DNA of 62,249 nucleotides, the filler included, from Choristocarpus tenellus KU-1152 (lineage: Eukaryota; Protista; Phaeophyceae): the NCBI GenBank assembly GCA_964200185.2. It is 9 parts of 9 records of this genome, joined end to end, with 100 filler letters (N's around TTAATTAATTAA, not from the genome) between each part and the next. Parts side by side here need not be neighbours in the genome. Positions count along the whole stretch, not along the records: positions 20,374 to 34,617 come from CAXNAD020001248.1; positions 34,718 to 38,176 come from CAXNAD020019899.1; positions 38,277 to 42,553 come from CAXNAD020015326.1; 6 more parts are not named here. One strand, given 5' to 3'. Made by a program: the position numbers and the translations under genes. Positions 27,207 through 39,925 of the stretch are shown here, in pieces (position 1 is the first letter of the stretch; every line of letters starts with the position of its first letter). A model generated the notes under the pieces. It saw only the letters and a list, made by a program, of their open reading frames with translations. It was not told the DNA's origin and searched no databases.

Positions 27207-28576
27207 TGATGATATCATATCCCAGCATTTGGTGTTGAGTGCCTCATGACTGGTTCTCTCTTGGCTGCCCTCCTTAGTTGCATTGGGTTTTTTCTATATT
27301 GTTTTTCTATCAATTTTGCTACGGTGTTCAATGCTTGAGGGTACCCTTCATACCTACACAATTTAGGTGGTACGGGGTTTTTAATCCTTCTCCCAAGTAC
27401 ATACTTTTGAAGACATGACCATGAAGCATCTTACATGCGCATCTCTCGCACAAGTGTTTTCTTGTGTGTAGACACTGCCGATGCATTTGATGTGCGCCCT
27501 GAAGGGGCACCAGTTCAGGATTACACACATTGATGTAAGGTTCATTCCCTTTTGAAATGCAGAGTCGCAGGTCACTATTGTCGGTCAGAACATGTCCTGA
27601 TCAGCCACATAGTCAAGGGAGGGCACAGGCCACACCTAATAAATAGTGAAGGGAAGTGGGTTAAGATTATTATAATTCCTTGCAAACATGGAAGGGGAAC
27701 TAGTGAGAGGTTGTTTTGTTATGTTAAACTGGTTATCTCTACTGCGATGTGGAGAGAGGACCGTTTGGCCACTCACTATCATTGTTCCATAACCTTGAAT
27801 ACATTTCTTAATTTTTTTCCCCCCTATTGGATGATTGAATAGCATCATTGAAACAACAGAATTTATCTTCTAGATTAAGACTATAGTGCTTGGGACAAGG
27901 ATGAGGGCAAAGTGACATACCCCAGCATTCCTCTCTATTGGTGACCCTGGAAAATGCACATTGGGGGGCAAACAGCAACAGCATGATACCCAATGCCCAA
28001 TGAACCCATATTTAGAAAGGATGAGCGTCTCATAATCTTAAGGCATAAAATATATATGGTTTACAACATACCTCTTCTTCAACAATAGGCACATAGCGCA
28101 CAACGCTGTGCACAAGACAAAACATCTTGCAGTTTCCCCTTCCTGTATATCTATTGTGATAATGGAGAGCTGTGCGTTTCAGCAAATATTTTTTGGTAGT
28201 TTTCTGACCTCATAGTTTTCTGACCATGATAGGACCATGGTGACCATTTACCTCCATTTTACTGCAGTTTTGTTACAACTTGTAGAGCCCGGTTACGCCT
28301 ACATCCCGAGAAATATGTAGACCTACTTGAACAAGGCATGTCACACCACCTTGAGCAGGTCTAGAAGGCCCCATGCCACCGAAGGATTCCTGCCATTGCG
28401 CACCAACCATGGTGTTCGCCTTTTAAGTACTGTGGCGCCCACTACCCTCGAAACTGGTCCGCCAGGAGAGTCTTTGTCCCATGTTAAAAACACGGCCTTA
28501 AAGTCTGGCACTCAAACCGCAAGGGTGTATTCAACCATTGTACGGACGTCGTCAATGCGGAGAGTAGAGGACGTTT

Positions 28577-28830
28577 GAGCCAACCTAACCGAGAGGTAGG
28601 CAAAGTTGTATTTTGAGGATCCTGACAAAGGGTTAAAATACTTCATTTTGTACTGCTACAAAAAGGATATTTCCTAATTGTGGTGCCACTTTGTGTGTAG
28701 AACGAGCTAACATCAATTTTTGTGCACTATTGATGTAGTAATGAACTAGAGTGTATAGCACGGGTAAGAAAGATGACTTGGAATGCAAAAGAGTAGTCCA
28801 ACTCTGCCTACCTCCCAATTGGATTGGCTC
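28577..28830 (+). mobile_element. MITE family D copy
   Basis: gagccaacc...gagaggtaggca / tgcctacctcccaattggattggctc termini like 4094-4308; TSD not preserved. Confidence 0.7.
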
Positions 28831-29080
28831 ATTGTCAGGTACGCCTCTTTTGTGTTTGTCGATGCTGTTGACTTTAGTTTATGAAATGTCCTTAATGATA
28901 TAGTACATTCAAACTGATGGATAGCTGAATTTAATTATATCTACATGAATTTGATAATGGTGGTGTGTTTTCTGTAAGAAAAAAATAATGGCAGGAATTC
29001 TCAACCGACTTACTATGTATTTGGCACTGTTGAGAAATAAAAAGAAACGCTACGTATGACGAGAGACCACAACTACGAGC

Positions 29081-29500
29081 TTACTCTTCCAATTTATACC
29101 ATATGAGTTTCATGCTCAGGCAAAGTGGGCCGTGTGAGGCTCCCATCTCCTTTCTTTTTCTGACTCCAATCTTGGTCAAGTCATCATGACCATAAAGAGC
29201 ACTTATTCTACGGAACGTATCTGCACAATCAAGAACACATCCTTTATAAATATCTATGACATGGGCATTCTTATATTCTGGGTGAAGAGCGCATGCAAAA
29301 GACTGTACTGGGAAATGCATATACTCATGCTACGATGTAATAATCTCTCCCCGAGCGTCAAGTTGGAGTAGTACGTTTGGTTGATTCCACCCCCCTTCGT
29401 CCGAAAATAGAACCTCATCCTCATTACATGCAACATTATTTTGAAGAACTGGACAATGCACATTATTGTCTCAGGAAGGCGCAATAAGGAATAAGAAAGC
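29081..29500 (-). mobile_element. Degraded hAT-like transposase fragment
   Basis: IITS*HEYMHFPVQSFACALHPEY resembles the hAT motif IIxxRWxxxLHxPLHAAAYxLNPxY; interrupted by stops. Confidence 0.5.
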
Positions 29501-29514
29501 TCCTGCAGGAGTTT

Positions 29515-29763
29515 TAAGAGGGTAGAGGCGCGTCCGTTTGGGGGCAAAACATTCAATGATCCGGTTTTGATAAAATTTTGGTTATATCGTATTTCTTAGG
29601 AAGTGTCAATATCCATGTTCCGGTCATACCTTTTCATAACGTACACATTTTACCTACTCCGAAACATCTTGGAGTATGAAAATGTCATAAAAAAACCCGT
29701 GGGAAGCCAAGCCCCAAACGGACAAACAATGCAAAACTCGTACCCTCTAAGATACTTTCACTC
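29515..29763 (+). mobile_element. MITE family B copy (left end eroded)
   Basis: Aligns with 26949-27206; right TIR taccctctaagatactttcactc is intact. Confidence 0.85.
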
Positions 29764-31011
29764 ATGGATTTTTTTCTCAAACTAATAGAGTCACTCTCAC
29801 TCTCATCTTGCAGCGCCTTCCATGCGTTCTTCGCAGCATCACAGGTCTTTAGGTCAGTGTCACTCACACGGTCCATGAAATGTGTGTAGCGTTGATCAAC
29901 TACAACCTCAACGGATTTTGTCTTCAGCTGAAATGAGTGACAGAAGGAAAGGACAAGACATACTCATAAACATGAAAATAGAGAAATGGTACACGTATAT
30001 TCCGTATATAGATAGTGTCAGAGGCAGGCAAACAAGTGAAATAGGGTTGATGTGCTTGCAATTATGTGTGTACTGTGGCTGACCTATTAAGATGTTCGGA
30101 AGGGCGGCCCTGATGCGTAAAACTGGACTTCAAATATATTTCCCTACAATCTTATATTTTCAGTCTCTTCCCAATCTCCTTCATGTACCTTTTTGACGGG
30201 CACTTGTGACTGAAGGATTTCGTCATTTCCTGAGCCCTCACACGTGCAGTTCATGCAGGGTTCCATGCCCCTGCAAAAACAAACAACTTCCTCAGGTGTA
30301 TCTTTGGAGTGCGCAGAAGTAGTAATGTGCACACCTGTATCACTGCAGTCTGTGAAGTTGTGGTGTTTCTCTCTCTTCTCTCTTTCCTTTGTTCCGTATA
30401 TATCTGGTGCACCAGGTTATTGTCCTAATTAACGTGTCTACACCACATACAACATTATATTGCCAGGAGGAATATAAACGGTGCTGAGGCGAGGTCCATA
30501 CCTCCAGCAGCCTGCCTGCCTCTATCTAGGGGGGAGCGTATTCAGGGGGAAAGATTCATTCGTGCTATGGTAGCAAGGAGTTAACCCTATCATGGATGTG
30601 GATTGAGAAAAATATGGAACCGATAATAGAAAAAGAAGAGGAAATTGTTCTGAAGCCTTGGGGTCGGTGCACACAGTAATGGAAATTTAGTCGGGGCTAA
30701 GGGATTTGCAAGGAAATCTGAATGTGGGAACCGACCTGATGGAACACTAGAATTTCGTTTAGATGTTGGTCTGATGTCATGGCAGGGTAGGAGGAGAAGC
30801 ATATTGTTACTGCAACTGCCAGAGTACAAAATATTGTGCTTCACCTGCCATGGTGTCGCTCAGATATTGGAGCCTAGCCACCTGGTTAGATTCAACCGTG
30901 TTATTTTGATTCATGGAGAGAGAGGATCGTCTTCGTGGCTTAGTGCCAATAAATGGTCTCTGTTTGTGCCGTCAAGCATGCAACGCTTAGTAATCAAAAG
31001 GTCAACGGCAT

Positions 31012-31267
31012 GAGTCAAATCAATTGGGAGGTAGGCAGGGATACATTTTAAGGATCCCGAGAAAGGGCAAAAAGACGTAATTTTGTACATTTGCAGAAAG
31101 AGTCTTTGCATAATTGTGGGGTCACCATGTATCTGAAAAGTGGGAATTTCAATATTTTGTACACTAATGTACACATAAAACAAAGAAGTAGAGTATTGCA
31201 CAGAGTAAGTACGATGGCTCAGAATAAAATTGGGTCCAGACATGCTACCTCTCAATTGGTTTGGCTC
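31012..31267 (+). mobile_element. MITE family D copy
   Basis: gagtcaaatcaattgggaggtaggca / ctacctctcaattggtttggctc termini; internal similarity to 4094-4308. Confidence 0.75.
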
Positions 31268-32706
31268 CACATACGAAGCTTAGAAATCCATCCCAAGACT
31301 TCCCAAGCCATGTGTTACAGGTAATTAGCGTGAGTATTTCTTCCCGTGTTCAACAAGCGCGAGCAGTATACACGCGTGGGGAACCTTAAAAAGTGGAACT
31401 CCCATTTGCTAAAGGTTGTAAAGTATGATTTGCAACTTGGGAATGTGTGCAACGGTTTTCAGATGCATTCCAACTTCTGTTAACCAAACCAAAATAAAAT
31501 GCAGATGATAAAAAGAAAATAAAGAGCGCTGCTTAGTAAAAAGCCCTTCTTATGACACTTCTTTTCTTTATATATCTGATGCCATATACTCACTGATGTT
31601 GAAAGAGAGAAGTACCCCCTGTTCTCCTGACCTGACGTCCATTGACCTCCATTGGTCCCCTTGAATGTTGGAGTATCCCAGGAGACTTGTACGAGCATCA
31701 GCGTCATCTATAGGCCTGTGGATTGGAGCTATACATCCTGTGGAGGTTAGCTTCTGGAGCGTGCTGTAACACATGCCCTACTTACAGGCACTAAAATACA
31801 TCCCTAAGGCATCTTCCACCCACTAGAATGGATAGTGGTTTAGCATGCATCACATTTTAGAGCTGGGAGGTGTTGGGGATGATATCTGCTGGACTGATGG
31901 TACCTCACGAAGTGCATTGAGAATATCTAGCCTGTCCACAACAGTTGCCCACATCAAGCAACCAATAGCTATTATGTACCGAACATCATCAAATAACACA
32001 TGGGTAATCCTTTTTCTTGTCAATGGTTCTCGAGAGATGATGGTGTACCTTTCTTTCCTTTGCCCCATCCGTACCAAGTCTTTGACAAATGCCCTTTATG
32101 TGCTTGGTCTGACTGATGCTTGCTGTTCTTGCAATTCTGTCACATGAAATCTCACTACCCACATAGTACTTAAGGTAACCAAAATCTTCTGTAAATAGCT
32201 GAGCACTCCCAGTCTAGGAGCAAACCCAAATCAAAACATCGCACATATATACGACAATACGATCATCAACATAGGGGCAACTACTTCACGAACAACTTCA
32301 TTTTGTACACGGCGAAACACATAGAGATCTAGTCTACACTGCCCAAAAGTACAAAAAGGACATCAACAAATGATTACACTCCCTACTGGCTTGTTCGGTA
32401 CCATACAGTGCTTTCAGCGAACGCATAATCTTCCCTGACGACGGACGACATTCATCACAAAATCAAACAAATATTTCTTCCGCAATCTCTGCTTGCTTCT
32501 CGTCTTAATACATCAACTCCCAATATTTGTCTGTAACTAGTGCCAAAAACCTTTCTCGAAGACACAGACATTGTTGTTGGACCAAGTTATCACGGTGATC
32601 TAAAACCTCAATTTGACAACAACAAAATTAATTTTTGCTACCAGACTTGCTTTGTATCTCACTGACTTTGCTGGTGAACCCACTTGGAGTAAATTTTCCT
32701 GCATCC

Positions 32707-32965
32707 GAGCCAAAGTATCTGAGAGGGTACGAATTTTGCCCTGTTTGTCCATTTGGGGCTTGGCTTACCACGCATTTTTTATGACATTTTAACTACCCCA
32801 AAATCTTTCCGAGTAGGTAAAATGTGTACGTTTTGAAAAGGACTCTCCGGAACAAGGATATTGGCATCCCCTATCAACCATGATAGCCAAAATTACATCA
32901 AAATTGCAAGATTGGATTTTGACCGCCAGATGGACACGGCCCTACCCTCTAAGATACTTTGGCTC
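32707..32965 (-). mobile_element. MITE family B, complete, inverted
   Basis: TIR gagccaaagtatct / agatactttggctc; TSD ATCC at 32703-32706 and 32966-32969. Confidence 0.9.
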
Positions 32966-33099
32966 ATCCATGGGGTAACATGATCTCTACCCAGCGGTCA
33001 TTCAAACAACAAACGAGACATCTCTCTTGCTTTAGCCCGATTAGATAAACGATAGTCAGGCGCGAGAACTATGTGTTCCTCTTAAAATCATGGGTTCTG

Positions 33100-34020
33100 A
33101 AGGGAATTCATCCGCTAACACTCTAGTTGATCCATCACTCGCCCACATTACAGCGGTAGTCTTAGAGGAAACAAAAAAATTGAAACAAATGCCAAACTCT
33201 TGTATAACATAACAGCAGATATAAATCATTGGAGCTTGCACGTCCACCAGGTATGGTGCGGTTCTGGAGAATATTGACCTCTAATTTCCGATCTCCAGAG
33301 TTCCCTTCAACTTCTGTTTTCATCATCTTTGTTGCTGAGGTCCTCTCCACCTCCTGAATTTCACCGATCCAGGAAAAATATTTTACCGTCACCTTATACC
33401 TCCATCCAAATGGGAGATATCAACTTCCTCTTGTACTCAGCCAGGTACAGTAGATATCCCAAGCCTGCACATTGGCGTGCAGTCAAGTGTACGTTCGCAT
33501 TTTTGAATACCAGTCCAAGTGTTGGATTAATTTTTGGTGGTCCTGATACTGAGTGTGAGTTGAGTGCATATGAAGATACAAGCTGTGCCAGGGATTGTAA
33601 CAATCGTAGGTCAGTGATAGGGCCGGGGAGCCGTGTGTTTCCTGGAGGGGCAGCATCTTGTATGTCCACAAAAGGACGCAGCTCTTTCTCCAACGGAGAG
33701 TGAGTGGATAGCCCTTAGAAGTGTGGCAAATGAATTGCTTTCCTTGAAAAGTATTTTGAGTATGTTTTCAAGTTTCTTAGGCGTTGCATTGAGATGTTCG
33801 AGGATAACAATGGTTAATGCAAACTATGCAGTAGTACTTACCTCTACTGGAACAAAGCACGTTGATGTTCAACACCATTTTTTGAGGGATTTGGACAGAA
33901 AATTATATTTATGTTGTTTTTTGCTGGTATTACTAACCAGAGAGCAAATGTGTTGACAATATGCTTGCTTGGGAACCTTTTTGGACGGTATGTGAAGTTT
34001 TGATGAACATGTAGAGGAAA
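33100..34020 (+). mobile_element. Ty1/copia pol remnant (RT C-terminus and RNase H)
   Basis: PKPAHWRAVK..., LSAYEDTSCARDCNNRRSVIG, ALSPTESEWIAL and TKHVDVQHHFLRD are decayed copia RT/RNase H motifs; frameshifted. Confidence 0.88.
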
Positions 34021-34548
34021 TAAATGCATTGTTATATTTTTTTGCTTTTATGGTTATTGTTGTATTTATGCTTTATACCAAGAAGATGATGTCACAATAA
34101 CTAGTTATGATTACGTTGTGCGAGCTGATACAAGCATATAACTCAGTGCGACAGATTCATGTACGTCAATGTATTGTTGGGTACAATGCGATTGGTTTTT
34201 CCCCTGACATTTTGCAGATGCGTCAGGGGGTAAACCAATGAAAACTATACACATTGTCAGTATAAGTCCTAAGGAAATAAAATGTCTTAAATGTGAAAAA
34301 CCCTAAACCATTTGTTACTTCACCACTATCTATGTTGTACTACTGCCCCTGTGTATCCAATCTACCTATACCTGTGCCCCGGGAGGAGCTAGGGAGGCAT
34401 TCCAAGAATCCAATAAATCCCTCCGTGCACATCCCCCTGGTGTTTCCAGCTTTAAACGCATGACACGTCTAGACAGTGCTACTTGAGTGGTTACCGAGAC
34501 AATTTGGCGTAGCTGGGATTTAAATACTCCATATATAGTATTAGAACT

Positions 34549-34903
34549 GGGTCAAAGTATCTGGGGGGGGTGGCGGCTGTCCATTTGGGGCCAATTTTTT
34601 CATGTCGCGATTTTTGGNNNNNNNNNNNNNNNNNNNNNNNNNNNNNNNNNNNNNNNNNNNNTTAATTAATTAANNNNNNNNNNNNNNNNNNNNNNNNNNN
34701 NNNNNNNNNNNNNNNNNTTTCGGTACTTTTTCAAGACCGTTTTCGCAGAACAACCATCCTCATAGCCCCGCTCCATCCTCAATTTTTAAAATCCACTGTT
34801 ATCCGACGTATGCAACCAAATCACCCAAAAATCTCAAGATGAAAAAATTGGCCCCAAATATCCGCCACCCAGACATCCGCCACCCTCCCAGAGACTCTGA
34901 GCC
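34549..34903. mobile_element. MITE family A fragments on both sides of a contig gap
   Basis: gggtcaaagtatctggggggg... at 34549-34617; inverted core ending ccagagactctgagcc at about 34800-34903. Confidence 0.75.
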
Positions 34904-37900
34904 AGAGTTCCATTTTAAGGATGCTGACAATATATGTACGTAAAATTCAGTTTTTTTTTACGAATCCGTGTAGGAGGGTTTTAAAATTCTGTCGAAAAGT
35001 CTCAAGCAATAGAGAACCAATGCTCTCAAGTTCATCGGATAATTTCACTCATTCCCTCACTTTTTGAGACCAGGGACTATCCTGATCCATGGTCGACAAT
35101 ACTTGTTCTAACTAATGCTTCCATGTAACAAATACGAAGTGAGCTAACGTAAACATGAGGCACCCACAGTTAGTTGCATTTTCAGGATGCTCACAAATTG
35201 ATGTAAAACTCGACTTTTTTATACAAATGCGTGTAGGAAGTTTTTTTTATTCTATTGAAAATCTTCAAACAATAAAGAACCAACTCTTTCAAGTTCATCG
35301 ATGATAATGTTGGTGAATTGCAAAATGTTGAAAAAATGGTTTAAAATGCAAAACGAGCAAACCTGGTTACCTCTGGTTTACTTCGACTTAGTGTTACACT
35401 ACAACTAATTGCTACGTCTCCATTCATGCCTTGCTTGCCTCTCACAGACTGGGTTTAGCCATCCCACCACTCATCATTCCACTTCCTCAAATCTTGTGTT
35501 GGACCCGTGTTGGCACACCTCTCGCAAGAAGGGCCTACTACTTGGTCTCCCACGCTTTTCGTGATATATTAACTGACAGATACAATAGTAGAGGTGTACA
35601 ATTCGTGGTGGTTGCCATGTCGAGGTTGGAAAATCTAAACCAGATCTCCAAAAAAAAAAAACGTGGTGTCCATGGGGTTTTGACTATGCGAAAATTCAAA
35701 TAATGAACAGCCTTCACTACCCACTGAGCCACTACTAGGATGATCCTATTTCTTCATCTGTAAAAAAAAAAATGGGGAAAAAAAATAGAATGGGTAACCC
35801 CCATCACATGAATAGATAAGGGGTTCTTAATCACCACAGGATAACAAAATCATATACTATCACGAAAGCTCCTCTATCATATTCTCGTTCGATCCTCAGG
35901 TAATATTCCTGAGTCAGACCATACCAGCATAGATAAAATAAGGATGGGCGTGGGGGAAGACATCTTTTCATCAAACCAGGCAAACGCAGTACAAGAAACT
36001 GATCGGTGCCTGGATCGGTTCCAAAATTTCCATGTCCAGATCAGGTTCAACTATTGGAACCTCTGTCATCCGTGGTCAGACAGATTAGAACATTTTCTGA
36101 ATGTCCAGGCCAGAACCGTCAAAAATTACACCTGGACCAGACTGCTGCCATGTTGAAACACGTTGGTAGTAGATGGTACAAAGCCACCTACGTCCGATTA
36201 AATATATATATATATATATTACAGGGAAGGGGAATTTTTGACAGTAGAGTCTGCGAGGGATACAGTTTTTTCAGACGAGCCCAACCCATCTTGACAGTTG
36301 GTCTGGTAAGTTTACTTGATTGTTGACCTATGGCCATGCACAATTGCATCATGGCTAAGCTATGGGCCAGCTCAGTACTACTTCGTACTATGTTCTGACA
36401 GATGTGTCCATGGTCGTTCATCATGGCCGAGGCCCGGGTCAATCTATCTGGTATCAGAATAAATTCTAACATACAGTCCACAATCGTGAAGTGTTTCCTT
36501 CCATATGTCTAGACTACACACCATCCCACTTGCATGTTCCTGACCACAACAGTCCTATTATTGAATTGATGAGAACCCTGGAGAAAACAACCAAAACGTT
36601 GATATTGAGAGTTTCAGGTGCTTTAATGCTGGTTGGGATGAAGGACGACTTACGAATACTAAGCACTGATTGATTTGCCGCCCCTCATGTTGAACCTTGC
36701 GCAGTGTGCACACACCACAACAATCCCCCTGCCTTCTCATTGCTGAACTGTGTCACCTTTGAGCAATATGAGCAACCTCTCTTCCTCCTGCCATTTCGAA
36801 GACATTTGCATAACATCAATACACGAAGTCTGCTACGTTCCATGTTTAGACAGAAGAGATTGGAGGAATATCTAACAATCTCTCCATTGATGTTACTGGT
36901 GTAGCATTATCTCCAATAGGCCAACATGAAAATATAGCAAAGCACTGCCCAGCATTCAAGAGGGAGCAAGGAGAATCAACGAACACCTACCTACAACCTG
37001 GTGTATGGTCTCTACAACAATACCACCTACATTCTCCACCATACCTCTCGGTGAAACAGTTCATCACAACCCCCACACCACAAAGACACACACAAAACTT
37101 ACTACAACTAGTCACTAGGAACCAATCACACCGGCAGCCAATGCCTACCCCTTCACATCGACATCCCTGGGTGTTCACAAAAATATAGTGGCATGTAATG
37201 CTCCTTATTAATGTGGTACCTCTCTCCATCCCACCGACTGTCATTGTCCCCTTACACTGAACACACCATGATTTAGATGTACACAACAAAAAAGGCCTGT
37301 CATGAAGGGATGCACACTCTACTCTTGTCCACTTCCATCACACTCTCACCCTAACTTAGCCCTTTAACTGCTTCCCATTCAGAGAGTGCAATCTCCTCCC
37401 TAGAAATTTCCTTTCTCTTCACTCTGGGTAGAGGGGAAGAGAGGCAAAATACCCCCTGTCTATTCCACGCAAGATACCTCACTTCCTCCTCTATCTCCTA
37501 CCCACCTATTCACCCCCCAAAATCAACCCAACCATCCGATGCACTCTGCTCATACACAGCACCCGTACCAATACAACCCTCACCTCAAAATGAACCAGCT
37601 CAACAGCCACTCCATATTTCCTCTATCTCCACCAACCTGAAAAAACCTCAACTGATGAACACAGCCAGACCAACTAGGCTCCAGAGCAGTTACTACTACA
37701 TAACTCCCCCGTGTGTCAACATTTCTGTTTCCATTTATTGTTTCACCCTTTAACCTGCATCCTCCTCAACACTCCAATAAAATCTTGTTCCATGCTGCAG
37801 CTTCACAAGGGACCAACAGACACCGTATCAACTCTATTACAAAATTCTGGTCTCCCAAGGTTTGTCATAACTCTTTCCCCCCCATCCCCCCTCCCACCGC

Positions 37901-38276
37901 CTTCTCAAGCAGGCCTGTGACCAAGGTCTTGAAAAAAAAAGGACACGCCCTCCCACCGTATTTGAGTCTTCATGGCAACACTCTCCTATTGGTCAGCTAT
38001 TGATAGCATGCTACAGTCATCCCGCTACAATGTGCTCAAGAAGAAAGCATCACTGACAGTGGTGAACTTGCTTAGGGAAACAGCAAACACGCAGGGGATC
38101 ACACAACAAGGCACCCCCCCCTCCACATTGTCCAAAGGCAGGACAGGGGGGGGAAGCAAACGAACTAAAGTCCACTNNNNNNNNNNNNNNNNNNNNNNNN
38201 NNNNNNNNNNNNNNNNNNNNTTAATTAATTAANNNNNNNNNNNNNNNNNNNNNNNNNNNNNNNNNNNNNNNNNNNN

Positions 38277-38436
38277 GAGGGTGAGCTCTACACCAGGGTG
38301 TCCATTTGGGTCATAACCAGGAAAAGTGCACTTACATTATCCATCCAACGTATGCAACCAAATCACCCAAAAATCCTGACAGGAAAAAATTGGCCCAAAT
38401 GGACAGCCGCCACCCCCCTCCAGATACTTTGAGCTC
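38277..38436 (-). mobile_element. MITE family A, inverted copy at contig start
   Basis: Reverse-complement core ending ccagatactttgagctc. Confidence 0.85.
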
Positions 38437-39419
38437 ACTATCTGGTTTACCTCTTTCAGAGAGCATGGTGTTGGTATAGATAATGATAGTTCGGAGTTCT
38501 GGATGGTGTTAGATTGTTTCTTCTAAATCATTACCACTCTTAAAGATATGATACATTGATTTATTCTGAATAGCTGACTATCCCTGGCAAATAAGTTATG
38601 ACCGTGTAAGGGTAGTAGCTTCCCTGATGGTTCCGGCAAGTGTGGTGGGATTTGAGGATTTACCCTTTTTGTAATTGGAGATATTAGGGACAAGGACACG
38701 AGTTATAAGAAACTTCCAGCTGTGGGTCATTTGTATAATTTTGTTGCACTTGCCTGTCCACGCATCCCGTCTCTATGAACACGTATGCATCCATTATCTT
38801 ACGGCAATGCTCACAAGGGAAGGATTCCTCAAAGAGGTTTAATATTTGATATGCCGTAGTTCTGCGCGGAATATTTTTTTTCTCGAGTACTGATGTTTGT
38901 CGATACATTGGATGAGCAGACCATCAAAATCCAATAGTTTCAAGTGGTGATATCATTCCATTTCCCAGATGAGAAAGAGGGGAGTTTGCAACTTGGCACT
39001 GCGGTTAGTTTTGAGGTATTCTAGAGGACCAAAAGTCTCATCACATCAAGTGATGACCAGTTGATTGAGAATCATTCGTTTACATCAGACATTCATTCAA
39101 ACTTCTCCTCTGAGTTAACTCTATTGAGCGTTGGACATCAGTTTGTTTGTTGGCGGTGTACTGGTAAAAGTTGGCAAGGTTTTGCTCTTACTGTCTGTGG
39201 GGAGAAATCAGTAAATGGTAGAATTATATGAAGGGATACCCATGTGTTGATGGTGTATACTCTTGAAGTTCATTAATTGCGTTGACCGTGTCCTCAAACG
39301 TTATGATGCCTCGTAGCCTAGAGGAATGAAGTATTGAAACATTTGAGGTTTTGTCCTTGGATCAGGAAAATGTGAAGAGACCAGTCCGTGGCCCAGAGTG
39401 GTTCCGATATTTTCTTATA

Positions 39420-39925
39420 CTCCCTCTGTCCCGTAAGTCTTTTCCTTTATGCATGTACCTCTTCGGGATTGCCTCCGATTTCAAAAGGGATTTTTGGGTT
39501 GGATTCCTCGGATAATTTTACGGAAGATGAGTTATATTCGAAATATATATCCCGAAATTGTTCTGAAAATATAGAACAGAGGTTAGTCGGGCATAGACCC
39601 ACAAGAAAGCACTGAATTAGTGGATTGACGGCGTTGAGTGAAAACGAGGAAAGGTATTCTAATGTAAAAATCCGTTTTGAACTCGAAGGTCATCCCGAAG
39701 AGGTACGTGCATAAATAACACACTTACGGAACAGAGGGAGTATATCAATAACACAAAAGATGAATGGCGAATGTTTCAACACGGTCCAGACCTTCCTATA
39801 CTCTTCAAATTAATTCATCTTACGTAAATCTTTCCTAGGAATCCAACGAAAATATCTGTTTTGAAATCGGAGGTAATCCCGGAGAGGCACATACATAAAA
39901 GAACAGACTTACGGGACAGGCGGAG
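39420..39925. mobile_element. Stowaway/Tc1-mariner-type MITE with two right-hand TIRs
   Basis: TA|ctccctctgtcccgtaagt at 39420. Right TIRs are acttacggaacagagggag|TA (ends 39740) and acttacgggacaggcggag|TA (ends 39925). About 100 bp of inverted homology between 39420-39522 and 39822-39925. Confidence 0.85.
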
